Virus record (IMG/VR): IMGVR_UViG_3300010163_000008
Coordinates: 64,001 to 116,952 of that record
Reading direction: 5' to 3' (one strand)
Source: a virus
Lineage: Duplodnaviria; Heunggongvirae; Uroviricota; Caudoviricetes
Length of the DNA stretch: 52,952 nt
A program made the position numbers and the translations under genes. Shown here piece by piece: positions 38,086-46,815 of the stretch; position 1 is the stretch's first letter; every line of letters begins with the position of its first letter. Under the pieces are notes generated by a model. The model had not been told where the DNA came from and did no database searches. It worked only from the letters and a program-made list of their open reading frames with translations.

Positions 38086-38832
38086 TTAACATTGCATTTG
38101 ACGCTTAAAATCTCTGCAATCAGGACATACAGGTTTCATTCTATTTTGTTGTGGTTTTTTAAAAAATGGACATCCACATTCCATACAATGCTCCATATGC
38201 CCTTTGCTAAATACTTCATTATAAAATATAATCGGATTATTAGTGTCATGTATGGTAATAACTATAGGTGAATCGTCTTGTGTTTCTCCAAAGAATTTAT
38301 CAGTTAGACAATAATAGAACGCCGTCTGATTAGATTCTCTAATCTTATATCGCATGACTTTAGCGTCTATATATCCAAGTTGAAATAGTTTATCAAACAT
38401 TCTGTCAAACTCTACAGTATTAGCAGTTAGTTCAGCCATACGCATTAACTCTTTTTTCTTAACTTTCAGCTTATTATTAAATGCTTTACACAATACTATC
38501 ATAGTATATGTGAAACGCCTAAATCTGTCGTTCCCAATGCCATATAGAATATCCATCTCTTTCTGATTTAATGTAATAGGCTGATTTCTAAGTTCGCCAT
38601 GTATATTTATATTAACCATAAGTGTATTATAAATATATGAAGATAGCAATTCGTTATCGCTATTCTTAATATTAATCTTTTCTTTCATAAGTTCTACAAT
38701 TTCCTCTGTAGATTTGCCTATGTATTTATAATATTTAATTAATACTATACCAAACTGTAGCGCTCTTTGGTTTGATAATATTCCATATTTATCTAGTCTT
38801 TTACCTAAAACTTCCTCATTAATGATTATCAC
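38086..38832 (-). CDS. Hypothetical protein with wHTH-like segment and C-terminal Zn ribbon
   Basis: KKKELMRMAEL.....FDRMFDKLFQLGYI; CMECG...CPDC; coupled to the RNAP gene. Confidence 0.55.
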   Translation of the reverse strand: MIIINEEVLGKRLDKYGILSNQRALQFGIVLIKYYKYIGKSTEEIVELMKEKINIKNSDNELLSSYIYNTLMVNINIHGELRNQPITLNQKEMDILYGIGNDRFRRFTYTMIVLCKAFNNKLKVKKKELMRMAELTANTVEFDRMFDKLFQLGYIDAKVMRYKIRESNQTAFYYCLTDKFFGETQDDSPIVITIHDTNNPIIFYNEVFSKGHMEHCMECGCPFFKKPQQNRMKPVCPDCRDFKRQMQC

Positions 38833-41659
38833 ACAACAACCTCCTTTCTACTTTATAATGTTTACCTAAATATTCTACACCATCATCACATTCTACAACA
38901 ACATTTATTGCAGACGCTTTAGCTCGTAGATTGTTCAATATTTGTTCACCGCATATTGACCACATCCATGATTTAGACTTATTATTAAAATAATTATAAT
39001 AACAATATACAACATAATTAGATATATCTTCTGCGTTAGATGATAGTGAATATAATCTATCTTTAAGACATTTCTCAGTAGCCCTAAATAGGTTTTGAGA
39101 CATTTCATCAAAAAGAGCAGGGTCATACACTATATCATCATCTGTAAGTAATTCTTTGAGTTGTTTATTATAGAAACTAAATTCTTCACTCATGACTTGT
39201 CTAATTTGCTTTAACAATGCTTTATCAGAAGGAGTAAAATATTTTGATAATAGCAATGTATAATCAAATGTTTCTGTAGACTTATGCTTCCATTTGTTAT
39301 CAAATTCTACATCTTCAATATAATATGCTAACAAATTCATTGTACAATTATTTCTTGCCAATGGCATATATTTATAATAGTTTTTTACAATTTGACTTTC
39401 GCGTTGACTTTTATTCTCTTTATGAGATAATTGTGACATAGTTGAATGATATAGCTGTTTACACAATGCTCGATATGATTTAACATACAAATCATACTCT
39501 TTTTTAAGATTAGGGTACACATAACCAAAGAAGTATGCTTTCCTATCTACAGCAATCCTATTATTGAACGCTATCACTTGATTTGTAAATTTAACTTCTT
39601 CTACAGTCTCAGGTGACATATCGTTTGTAATTCTGATGAACTTCTGCTTCTTTGACCATAGTTTAGGAGGTGGAATGAACACGTCCCCTTTAGTAGCGTC
39701 AATAGCAGAGCCTTGGAAGTATCGTAACAACCTAATACGTCTATCTAGCTCTTTATATTCCTCACTATCAGGCGAATACACAGACTTCAAAGATATCATG
39801 TTAGACGCTATATTAGTAATAACACCTATCTTAGAGTTGAATGATTTAGTGTCCATTGTAGCAAAAGCATTCATATTAAGCGTATGTTCTTTAGCTTTTA
39901 CCTTTTCATATGTAATTACCTTACCATTCTCACCTACAGCTTCAATCATATATGGATTATCAGTAGTAACAATTAAATCACCATCACAATCTGCGTCACT
40001 CATGGCGATAAGTGTCATATCCCATATATTCATTACATTACCACTGTATAGATGCTGAAACCATTCTTCACATAATTCGCTATTATGCACATCAAGAATA
40101 CGATTTTCAGAAGGTGCTACTAATGGGCTTCTATGTGCTGTTACCTTTGTAGAACCTTTTTTAGTCCATCGTCTATTCCATAATGAGTTAGCAGGAAGTA
40201 ATCCTTTCACTGATAGCTTAAATGCGTGTTCACATAAAGCATATAAATCAGGAATAATGAACTCATACGCACCTTCTACATATAATTTACCTATTTTCAT
40301 TTTATCTATTTTGTTTTGAATTAGGTGAATCATGCGTTGATTAAAATAAGTATCATTCATTAAGTTTGGACAATAGAGTAATGCTTTTGTCAACATATCG
40401 TCTAATGTAGATGAAGATTCATCTAATACTTTTACAGGGTCTTTCTTTGGCAAAAGCAAAAGTACGGTGTAGAGGTAATCTTTAGACATAATCTTTCTAG
40501 CCCAATTGATTGAGTATTCTGCTAATCCCTTAATAGACTCTTCTGTAAAATTATTAGTTTGTATATATTGATAATTAAGTGTCGTAAGTATATTATCTTC
40601 TTTTTTATTTACACGAGCTACACTGAATATATGCCCAAATGTTTTATGATAATAAACATATTCAGACCAACTTTCATACTTCTTCCACATTTTAAATTGG
40701 CTTGCGGTAAGTATTATATCTACATCATCAACGTTATATGTTGTACCCCACAAGTCAGTAATAATATCTGTATGGGCAACTTCCTTAGCAAACTTATGAA
40801 AATCAAATACGCTGACTAATCCTTTAATCCATGCACTTCTAATTATGAATGAAGCAGGTGTATAGTCTAAACTTAAATCTTTTTGCCAATTCACTGCCAT
40901 TGATGGCGATATTATACCTGCTCCATCAAAAGCATTAATTTCAAAATCTATTAGCTTCTCTTCAACGTCCTTTTCATTATCGTCATTATCGAATACCCAA
41001 TCTACAAGTTGGTCATGTAGAGTGTATTTAAAATCATCTACAACACAAATGCGTGGAGTACGCACTTGCCTTGAGGCTGACGTATAAAGACTGAAATATG
41101 CTGAGAATTTAGCTAAATTAATTTTACCTATTTTACTTTTTGTTAATCCGCACATCATAATACTTTCAAGTTCGTTGTATAAATCTGAATCTACAAATAA
41201 AGCTGAGTTACGTCTTAATTGTCCTGCACCAGCACACAATCTTGTATATGTCTTAGAATAAGTTCTACCTGCAATGTTAATCGTAACCTTGAACATATTC
41301 TTACATATCATCTTGTAATCTTTCTTAGTTGTATCAGCTTTTACAGATATGATATCAGGTACAAACATAAGTAAATCTAATTGTTCATATAATGCAGATA
41401 GCTGTCTTATATTAGTCTCATTTGTATTTTGTTTATGTAAAATTTGGATAGTCTTTTTTACGTCACTAATTTGTGATAATATGTCTTCACTATCCCTTAA
41501 TCTTCTGATAAACTTAAAAAGTTGATTATCACCTAATGCTACTACAAGACGTTCCCTGACGGCTTCATCATAGTCTAAGTGAATATCAAGATTGTTGTTG
41601 ACTATGTACGAGGTATTGAGTTTAAGTACATAAAACAACTCCATGAACTTTGATTTCAA
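38819..41659 (-). CDS. YonO-like single-subunit, two-barrel DNA-dependent RNA polymerase
   Basis: Catalytic DADCDGD; FDGAGII, IIRSAWIKG, HRSP, AGQLR; 946 aa; TTG start with RBS AGGAGG; synteny with HU and the late module as in SPbeta. Confidence 0.9.
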   Translation of the reverse strand: MKSKFMELFYVLKLNTSYIVNNNLDIHLDYDEAVRERLVVALGDNQLFKFIRRLRDSEDILSQISDVKKTIQILHKQNTNETNIRQLSALYEQLDLLMFVPDIISVKADTTKKDYKMICKNMFKVTINIAGRTYSKTYTRLCAGAGQLRRNSALFVDSDLYNELESIMMCGLTKSKIGKINLAKFSAYFSLYTSASRQVRTPRICVVDDFKYTLHDQLVDWVFDNDDNEKDVEEKLIDFEINAFDGAGIISPSMAVNWQKDLSLDYTPASFIIRSAWIKGLVSVFDFHKFAKEVAHTDIITDLWGTTYNVDDVDIILTASQFKMWKKYESWSEYVYYHKTFGHIFSVARVNKKEDNILTTLNYQYIQTNNFTEESIKGLAEYSINWARKIMSKDYLYTVLLLLPKKDPVKVLDESSSTLDDMLTKALLYCPNLMNDTYFNQRMIHLIQNKIDKMKIGKLYVEGAYEFIIPDLYALCEHAFKLSVKGLLPANSLWNRRWTKKGSTKVTAHRSPLVAPSENRILDVHNSELCEEWFQHLYSGNVMNIWDMTLIAMSDADCDGDLIVTTDNPYMIEAVGENGKVITYEKVKAKEHTLNMNAFATMDTKSFNSKIGVITNIASNMISLKSVYSPDSEEYKELDRRIRLLRYFQGSAIDATKGDVFIPPPKLWSKKQKFIRITNDMSPETVEEVKFTNQVIAFNNRIAVDRKAYFFGYVYPNLKKEYDLYVKSYRALCKQLYHSTMSQLSHKENKSQRESQIVKNYYKYMPLARNNCTMNLLAYYIEDVEFDNKWKHKSTETFDYTLLLSKYFTPSDKALLKQIRQVMSEEFSFYNKQLKELLTDDDIVYDPALFDEMSQNLFRATEKCLKDRLYSLSSNAEDISNYVVYCYYNYFNNKSKSWMWSICGEQILNNLRAKASAINVVVECDDGVEYLGKHYKVERRLLCDNH

Positions 41660-41751
41660 AGGATATCCCTCCTAGGGCTGTATTGCTATTATCTACATAA
41701 TGGCAAGTAGAGGGTTGCCTTATGTAGATTGAAATTTTTCCTTCTACCTAT

Positions 41752-41780
41752 ATTATACGCACGATTTTACAAATCGTCAA
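41752..41780 (-). promoter_or_regulatory. Promoter of the RNAP gene (leftward member of divergent pair)
   Basis: TTGACG-N17-TATAAT, preceded by GTGCG and followed by ATAGGTAGA. Confidence 0.85.
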
Positions 41781-41845
41781 GTAATTTACATAAAAATTTT
41801 TATATCTGCTCTTTTCTATAAGTTTATTTATTGATACGCGGTGTT

Positions 41846-41892
41846 CACACAATTTACACATATGTTCACATAATCTACACAAAATATACACA
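41846..41892. repeat. Five helically phased CACA repeats between the divergent promoters
   Basis: CACA starts at 41846, 41857, 41867, 41878 and 41889 (spacing 11, 10, 11, 11). Confidence 0.6.
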
Positions 41893-41912
41893 AAATTTTA
41901 CCAATTTTTTAC

Positions 41913-41941
41913 TTGACGAAACCAAATTTTGTGCGTATAAT
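41913..41941 (+). promoter_or_regulatory. Rightward promoter of divergent pair
   Basis: TTGACG-N17-TATAAT, preceded by GTGCG and followed by ATAGGTAGA. Confidence 0.85.
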
Positions 41942-41959
41942 ATAGGTAGAGAAAGAAAT

Positions 41960-42600
41960 AAATAATAAAAACAATCGAAATTGATTAAAAATGATAAGAA
42001 AATCTACATAAGAAATAAACTAATATTACCATACTAATATATTAATTATATTATATATATTATAAGAATATATATTGTTATAATATATTATACATATTAC
42101 TAAAATATTATATATGTTATTAATAATATATATTATAAATCAGAAATATTTATATTACTGATTAACAATATATATGTTAGTATAATATATATAAGCATAA
42201 TTGAATGTTTAATTTTATATTCTATGTAATAAAATATACACTATTGTATTATTTATATAAGACCATATAAAATTTAAAATTTAATATATGCTTATATATA
42301 ATTAACAATATTGTATAATATTAATAAGACATTATATATATTACTTATGTTTATAATATACATGTTATTAATATTATTTATAAGCATACAGAGATATTTA
42401 ATTTGAAATATATCTTTTAAAATATTTATACTTCTGTAACATAAATATAAACATGAGTATAAATTATAATTTTAATGTAGTCTTATATAAGTAATACACT
42501 ATTGTATATTTAGTAACGTAAATGTATAAAGTTAGATTACAATATGTATGTTAAGAACATTATATATTATATACTAATATAGGCAATTTTGAATTTTGAA
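41960..42600. other. Very AT-rich non-coding tract with internal repeats (candidate replication origin)
   Basis: Lines sampled have 5-7 G/C per 60 nt; repeats listed under findings; sits at the switch of coding strand. Confidence 0.45.
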
Positions 42601-42608
42601 AAGGAGAA

Positions 42609-42803
42609 ATGATTATGAATTTTATGCGCACAAGAGGATGTAATCGTATTATTATGCCTCATTTTATATTACCTGTTAAGCCTAAATTGTCTGACGAACG
42701 TGATAAATACAGTGATTTAAATGTTGATTCAATGCCTGTCAGAGAAGGCAATCAGGCAATTCCAGTAAGGAATATATATGAAGATGAGTCTGATGAAAAA
42801 TAA
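42609..42803 (+). CDS. Hypothetical 64-aa protein
   Basis: RBS AAGGAG. Confidence 0.55.
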   Translation: MIMNFMRTRGCNRIIMPHFILPVKPKLSDERDKYSDLNVDSMPVREGNQAIPVRNIYEDESDEK

Positions 42804-42919
42804 TTTTTAAAAATACTTAATTTTTTGAAATTATGGTCGATATATATTATGGAAGGGGGAATTTGACCTCTACCTTATTTCCTTTTCCATCTCTACAAAT
42901 AAATTTAGGGAGTGGTGTT

Positions 42920-43459
42920 GTGTATCAAACATATGAGGAAAGTAAACAAGCGTATGAGCGCTACCTACAAGAACATATAGCTAATGTAGCCGAGGCATGG
43001 CAATACATACAAGCTAAACTAGGTAACGAGCCTTTTGTTGTAGATGATTATTTAAGGCTGCAAATCACAGAACTTGTTGAAAAACATGATGCTAGTAAGT
43101 ATGGTGAAGAAGAGTTTGACCCTTACAGACGTTATTTTTATCCTACACCTGATGATGTAGATAAAGATAAAATTCAATATAATTATGACCAAGCGTGGAT
43201 TCATCATTATACAAACAATCCACACCATTGGGAATATTGGGCGCTCTATGATGAGGACAAGGAACGTGAGACATTGAGATTTATCAGAGACAATTATATA
43301 GTAGAACGTATTTGTGACTGGATGGCTATGTCAAAACAAAACAATAGTGGTATGCTTGATTGGTATAAGGCTAACAAAAAAGATATGGTAATGAACAAGG
43401 ATGATGAAACATTCTTAGAGATGCTCTTAGAGAAGATAGGCAATTATCCGTTAGAGTGA
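42920..43459 (+). CDS. HD-like metal-dependent hydrolase (DUF5662-like)
   Basis: EHIANV, KHDASK, WIHHY.NNPHHWEYW, ICDW; GTG start at 42920 after GGGAG. Confidence 0.65.
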   Translation: MYQTYEESKQAYERYLQEHIANVAEAWQYIQAKLGNEPFVVDDYLRLQITELVEKHDASKYGEEEFDPYRRYFYPTPDDVDKDKIQYNYDQAWIHHYTNNPHHWEYWALYDEDKERETLRFIRDNYIVERICDWMAMSKQNNSGMLDWYKANKKDMVMNKDDETFLEMLLEKIGNYPLE

Positions 43460-43471
43460 TAGGAGGACATT

Positions 43472-43696
43472 ATGAATCCTGATTTACTATCTACAGAAAA
43501 GAAAAGTTCGGAAGACTGGTATCTTGATAGCCCAATGCACATTAGTCATTCAAGCGATATTCAATCTAGTACATTTCATGATGTAGATTCAAAAATATAC
43601 ACAGGGCAATATATAGAGTATAGATTAGCTGATGGTAAACTTATACCAATAGTACGAGAATATAAAGTGCCTGCTGAATTAGGTATTGACCAGTAA
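43472..43696 (+). CDS. Hypothetical 74-aa protein
   Basis: RBS AGGAGG. Confidence 0.55.
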   Translation: MNPDLLSTEKKSSEDWYLDSPMHISHSSDIQSSTFHDVDSKIYTGQYIEYRLADGKLIPIVREYKVPAELGIDQ

Positions 43697-43729
43697 CAAA
43701 TATTATTAGAAAAAATTTTAAAAATTTAC

Positions 43730-43758
43730 TTGACAAATTGGCTTTTTTATCGTATAAT
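43730..43758 (+). promoter_or_regulatory. Phage promoter motif (methyltransferase operon)
   Basis: TTGACA-N17-TATAAT, followed by ATAGGTGA. Confidence 0.85.
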
Positions 43759-43834
43759 ATAGGTGAAGGATAAAGTTAATCCTCTACTCGACTTTACCCT
43801 TCATTTATAGGTAAATAATGGATGGGAGTGAACA

Positions 43835-44889
43835 ATGGATAGTCAAGGTTTACATTACGCAAAGAATAATAAATATGACGAATTTTATACGCAATACAGT
43901 GATATAAAAGCTGAATTATCGCATTATGTTGAGCATTTCAAAGATAAGGTTATTTATTGCAACTGTGATAATCCAGCAAAGTCTCAGTTCTGGAAGTTTT
44001 TTGTAGATATGTTTGAACCATATGGTATTAAAAAACTCATGGCTACATATTATCAACCAGATGGTGAAAGTTACTTATATGAATATTCCGGAAAATCTAC
44101 AACCAGAATACCATTGTTAGGTAATGGAGACTTTAGGTCAGAAGAATGTATTGAAGTATTAAAGCAAGCTGATATTGTTGTTACTAATCCCCCTTTTAGC
44201 TTATTTCGTCAGTATACAATCCAGCTTATGGAATATGATAAGAAGTTTATTATTGTAGGTAGTATTAATGCTATTACATATAAAGATTTCTTCTCTTTAC
44301 TCAAAGGCAATAAGGTTTGGATAGGCTTTACATTCAATCAATCTCTTGATTTTATTATGCCGGATTCATGTGAATTAAAAGGTTCAGCATATGTAGATAA
44401 AGACGGTTGTAAATATGGTTCTGTAGGTGGAATATGTTTTTATACAAACTTAGATATTGATAAACATAATGAGTTTCTCCCAGCTACTGGAAAGACTTAT
44501 TATGGAAATGAATCTCAATATCCTATGTATGATAACTATGGCGCTATCAATATTGATAAAGTTGTAGATATACCAGATGATTACTATGGAGTTATGGGTG
44601 TACCTGTCACATTCTTAGGAAAGTATTGTCCAGAGCAATTTGAGATATTAGGTACGACAACTGGTAGAGATGAGTTTGATGAATTAGCATATCCAACTAA
44701 ACGTTATGATAATCCTTGGCAACATAACAAAGACGGAACAGTAATCGGGGGGGTAAAATAAATACCACGGCAACAATTTTATTAAAAGATATACCATCTG
44801 ATAAAGTTTATTATACAGCAGATAATGCAGATGGTATATTAAGGAGTGTGTACAGACGTATTTTAATACGGAGGAAAAGGAGTAAATAA
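43835..44889 (+). pseudogene. EcoRI-family adenine DNA methyltransferase, frameshifted at a G7 tract (44747-44753)
   Basis: YDEFYT, YCNCD.P, DIVVTNPPFSLF and YDNYGAINID motifs. The ORF stops at 44761; the other frame continues GKINTTATILL...YYTADN...YRRILIRRK to 44889. Confidence 0.8.
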
Positions 44890-44890
44890 A

Positions 44891-45526
44891 TTGTTAATTA
44901 CTAATGTCGAGGCATTTAATATTGATAATGCAATAAGAGGTATGAGAAACCCGATGGCATCTCATAAAAGGTCTGATTCTTATTATCGGAGCATTGATTC
45001 TCTCCGTGAGAGTCAATATGTGATTGGTGCTAAAGATTTGGAATTAGCGCAACGATTAATTACTGCTGGTACAGAGCATTGCAAATTTCTTAGACAAATA
45101 TTTACTACAATGGATATTACAGCACCAAGGTATTGGTGGTCTGAAATGGACACATATAAAGTGGGCACTGTAGCAGATTCATATTCAAGTATGCATAAGG
45201 TACGTCCACTAACCAAAGATGATTTTGAGCCTGATACATATATTGATGGTGATATACAGGAGCACTGGGAACACACTCTTGAACTACTTAATAAAATTGC
45301 AGGGCTTTACCATGAAACCAAAGATATTAAGTATCTTCGACAGTATAAGCGTGTGTTACCAGAGAGCTTTCTGCAAAAAAGAACATGGAGCGCTAATTAT
45401 GCAGTATTGCGCAATATTATTCATCAAAGGAAGAACCATAGACTAACTGAGTGGACAGATGGTTTCATTCCTGCATTAAGGAGATTTCCGTATGCAGATG
45501 AACTATTGTTCTTCAATAATGATTGA
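44891..45526 (+). CDS. ThyX-like (flavin-dependent thymidylate synthase-like) protein
   Basis: AIRGMRNP, HCKFLRQI...DITAPRYWWSEMDTY, HRLTEW; the canonical RHRx7S motif is not evident. Confidence 0.6.
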   Translation: MLITNVEAFNIDNAIRGMRNPMASHKRSDSYYRSIDSLRESQYVIGAKDLELAQRLITAGTEHCKFLRQIFTTMDITAPRYWWSEMDTYKVGTVADSYSSMHKVRPLTKDDFEPDTYIDGDIQEHWEHTLELLNKIAGLYHETKDIKYLRQYKRVLPESFLQKRTWSANYAVLRNIIHQRKNHRLTEWTDGFIPALRRFPYADELLFFNND

Positions 45527-45535
45527 GGTGATTAT

Positions 45536-45694
45536 ATGCGTGATGAAATGAATATTATGGGTACGCCATTAGATACTGGACGTATTGAAGTTGAAATAAA
45601 ATATAATCGCGGATATCATCTTACACCAGAAGAACGTAAAGAACTTTGGAAAGACCTTGGTGTATATAAAACTAAAACTGATGATGAAAAATAA
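45536..45694 (+). CDS. Hypothetical 52-aa protein
   Basis: RBS GAGGTGA; absent from the track. Confidence 0.5.
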   Translation: MRDEMNIMGTPLDTGRIEVEIKYNRGYHLTPEERKELWKDLGVYKTKTDDEK

Positions 45695-45710
45695 GGAGGT
45701 AATATAATAT

Positions 45711-46310
45711 ATGTTTAACGATGGAATTATGCCTGACTGGGAGTTTGAAAAACTTTGTCAACAGTTCCATCCTCACTACATAGGTTACTATGGGATGGAC
45801 AAGGACTTATGGAAGAAATTTCATGAGCTGTTTGGAGAGGGAAGTGCAACAAAAAAGAGCAACACTAAATCAAAGACTGAACAACCATCTACATCAAAAA
45901 GTGCTAAACCTGTAAAGCCTCAAGTTAATCATGAAGAGGATGAGGATAAGCGAGAAATGCCGGAGGACTTTTTAAAAACCCTATGGAGTGTTCTTACAGG
46001 TATGGAAGACGATGTTCCTAAAGGTAAACATGAAAAGTCTGAGCTACCTAAAATGTCGCCTGAGTTGAAGGAATATATGGATAAGAAAAGTAAAGTAAAT
46101 CTGACAGATAAAACTAAATCAACATCTACAAAAGGAGAGAAAAATATGCACACAATTACTATTACACTGACGAACGGTAAAACATCAACATGGACAAGTG
46201 ACCACTACGATAATTACAAATTGGTGGATGGATGTTTTGTAATTATGATGAATGGCGCTTATGTTGGCATCTACAATATGAGGTATATTACTTCAATCGT
46301 TGTAAGGTAA
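45711..46310 (+). CDS. Hypothetical protein with an internal start at 46146 (54-aa C-terminal module)
   Basis: RBS AAGGAGG at the start; second RBS AAAGGAG before ATG 46146. Confidence 0.55.
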   Translation: MFNDGIMPDWEFEKLCQQFHPHYIGYYGMDKDLWKKFHELFGEGSATKKSNTKSKTEQPSTSKSAKPVKPQVNHEEDEDKREMPEDFLKTLWSVLTGMEDDVPKGKHEKSELPKMSPELKEYMDKKSKVNLTDKTKSTSTKGEKNMHTITITLTNGKTSTWTSDHYDNYKLVDGCFVIMMNGAYVGIYNMRYITSIVVR

Positions 46311-46346
46311 TTAACTTGTTGATGTAGATTCAGAAAGGATATACAT

Positions 46347-46511
46347 ATGGAGCACATTGTCATCAAATTCGCGGACGGGACTTCTGACACATATAACACA
46401 GAGGATTGGGATAATTACGAGATAGTTGACTTTTTCTTCTGTGTCAAGAAGGACGGACATAATGTAGGCATTTTCAATATGCGGCATATTAAATCAATCA
46501 CTATGAAATAA
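46347..46511 (+). CDS. 54-aa paralog of the preceding C-terminal module
   Basis: MEHIVIKFADGTSDTYNTEDWDNYEIVDFFFCVKKDGHNVGIFNMRHIKSITMK; RBS AAAGGA. Confidence 0.65.
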   Translation: MEHIVIKFADGTSDTYNTEDWDNYEIVDFFFCVKKDGHNVGIFNMRHIKSITMK

Positions 46512-46530
46512 TATACAAAGGAGAATAAGA

Positions 46531-46581
46531 ATGCAATATAAATCCTATCAACACGTAGAGCGTTGGGGAAATGAGAATTAG
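46531..46581 (+). pseudogene. Truncated RNA ligase 5' end (MQYKSYQHVERWGNEN*), probable omegaRNA guide source
   Basis: RBS AAGGAG; 14/16 aa identical to the N-terminus of the ligase at 48083. Confidence 0.8.
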
Positions 46582-46800
46582 CTGTCTTATAATATTTATA
46601 TTATAAACCATTTGGTTTTAGCTAATTAGACTAAGTGTATTTTATACTACGTTATGCAAGAATGATATAGTTATCAACAGATATACTACCTAGTCTGTTG
46701 CTCTAAGGATAGCAATTAAATAATTCTGAAAGACAGGAATAGTGTTGCTATTAAAAACCTTGCAATAACATTGTCTAAGGTAGAACTACTCTAACATACA
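46576..46800 (+). ncRNA. IscB omegaRNA scaffold (approximate limits)
   Basis: AATTAGCT/AGCTAATT first stem, then conserved-looking blocks AGACTAAG..CTACGTTAT..CCTAGTCTGTTGCTCTAAGG..AAACCTTG..TAACATTGTCTAAGG directly upstream of iscB. Confidence 0.7.
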
Positions 46801-46815
46801 AGGGGTCATATAGGC

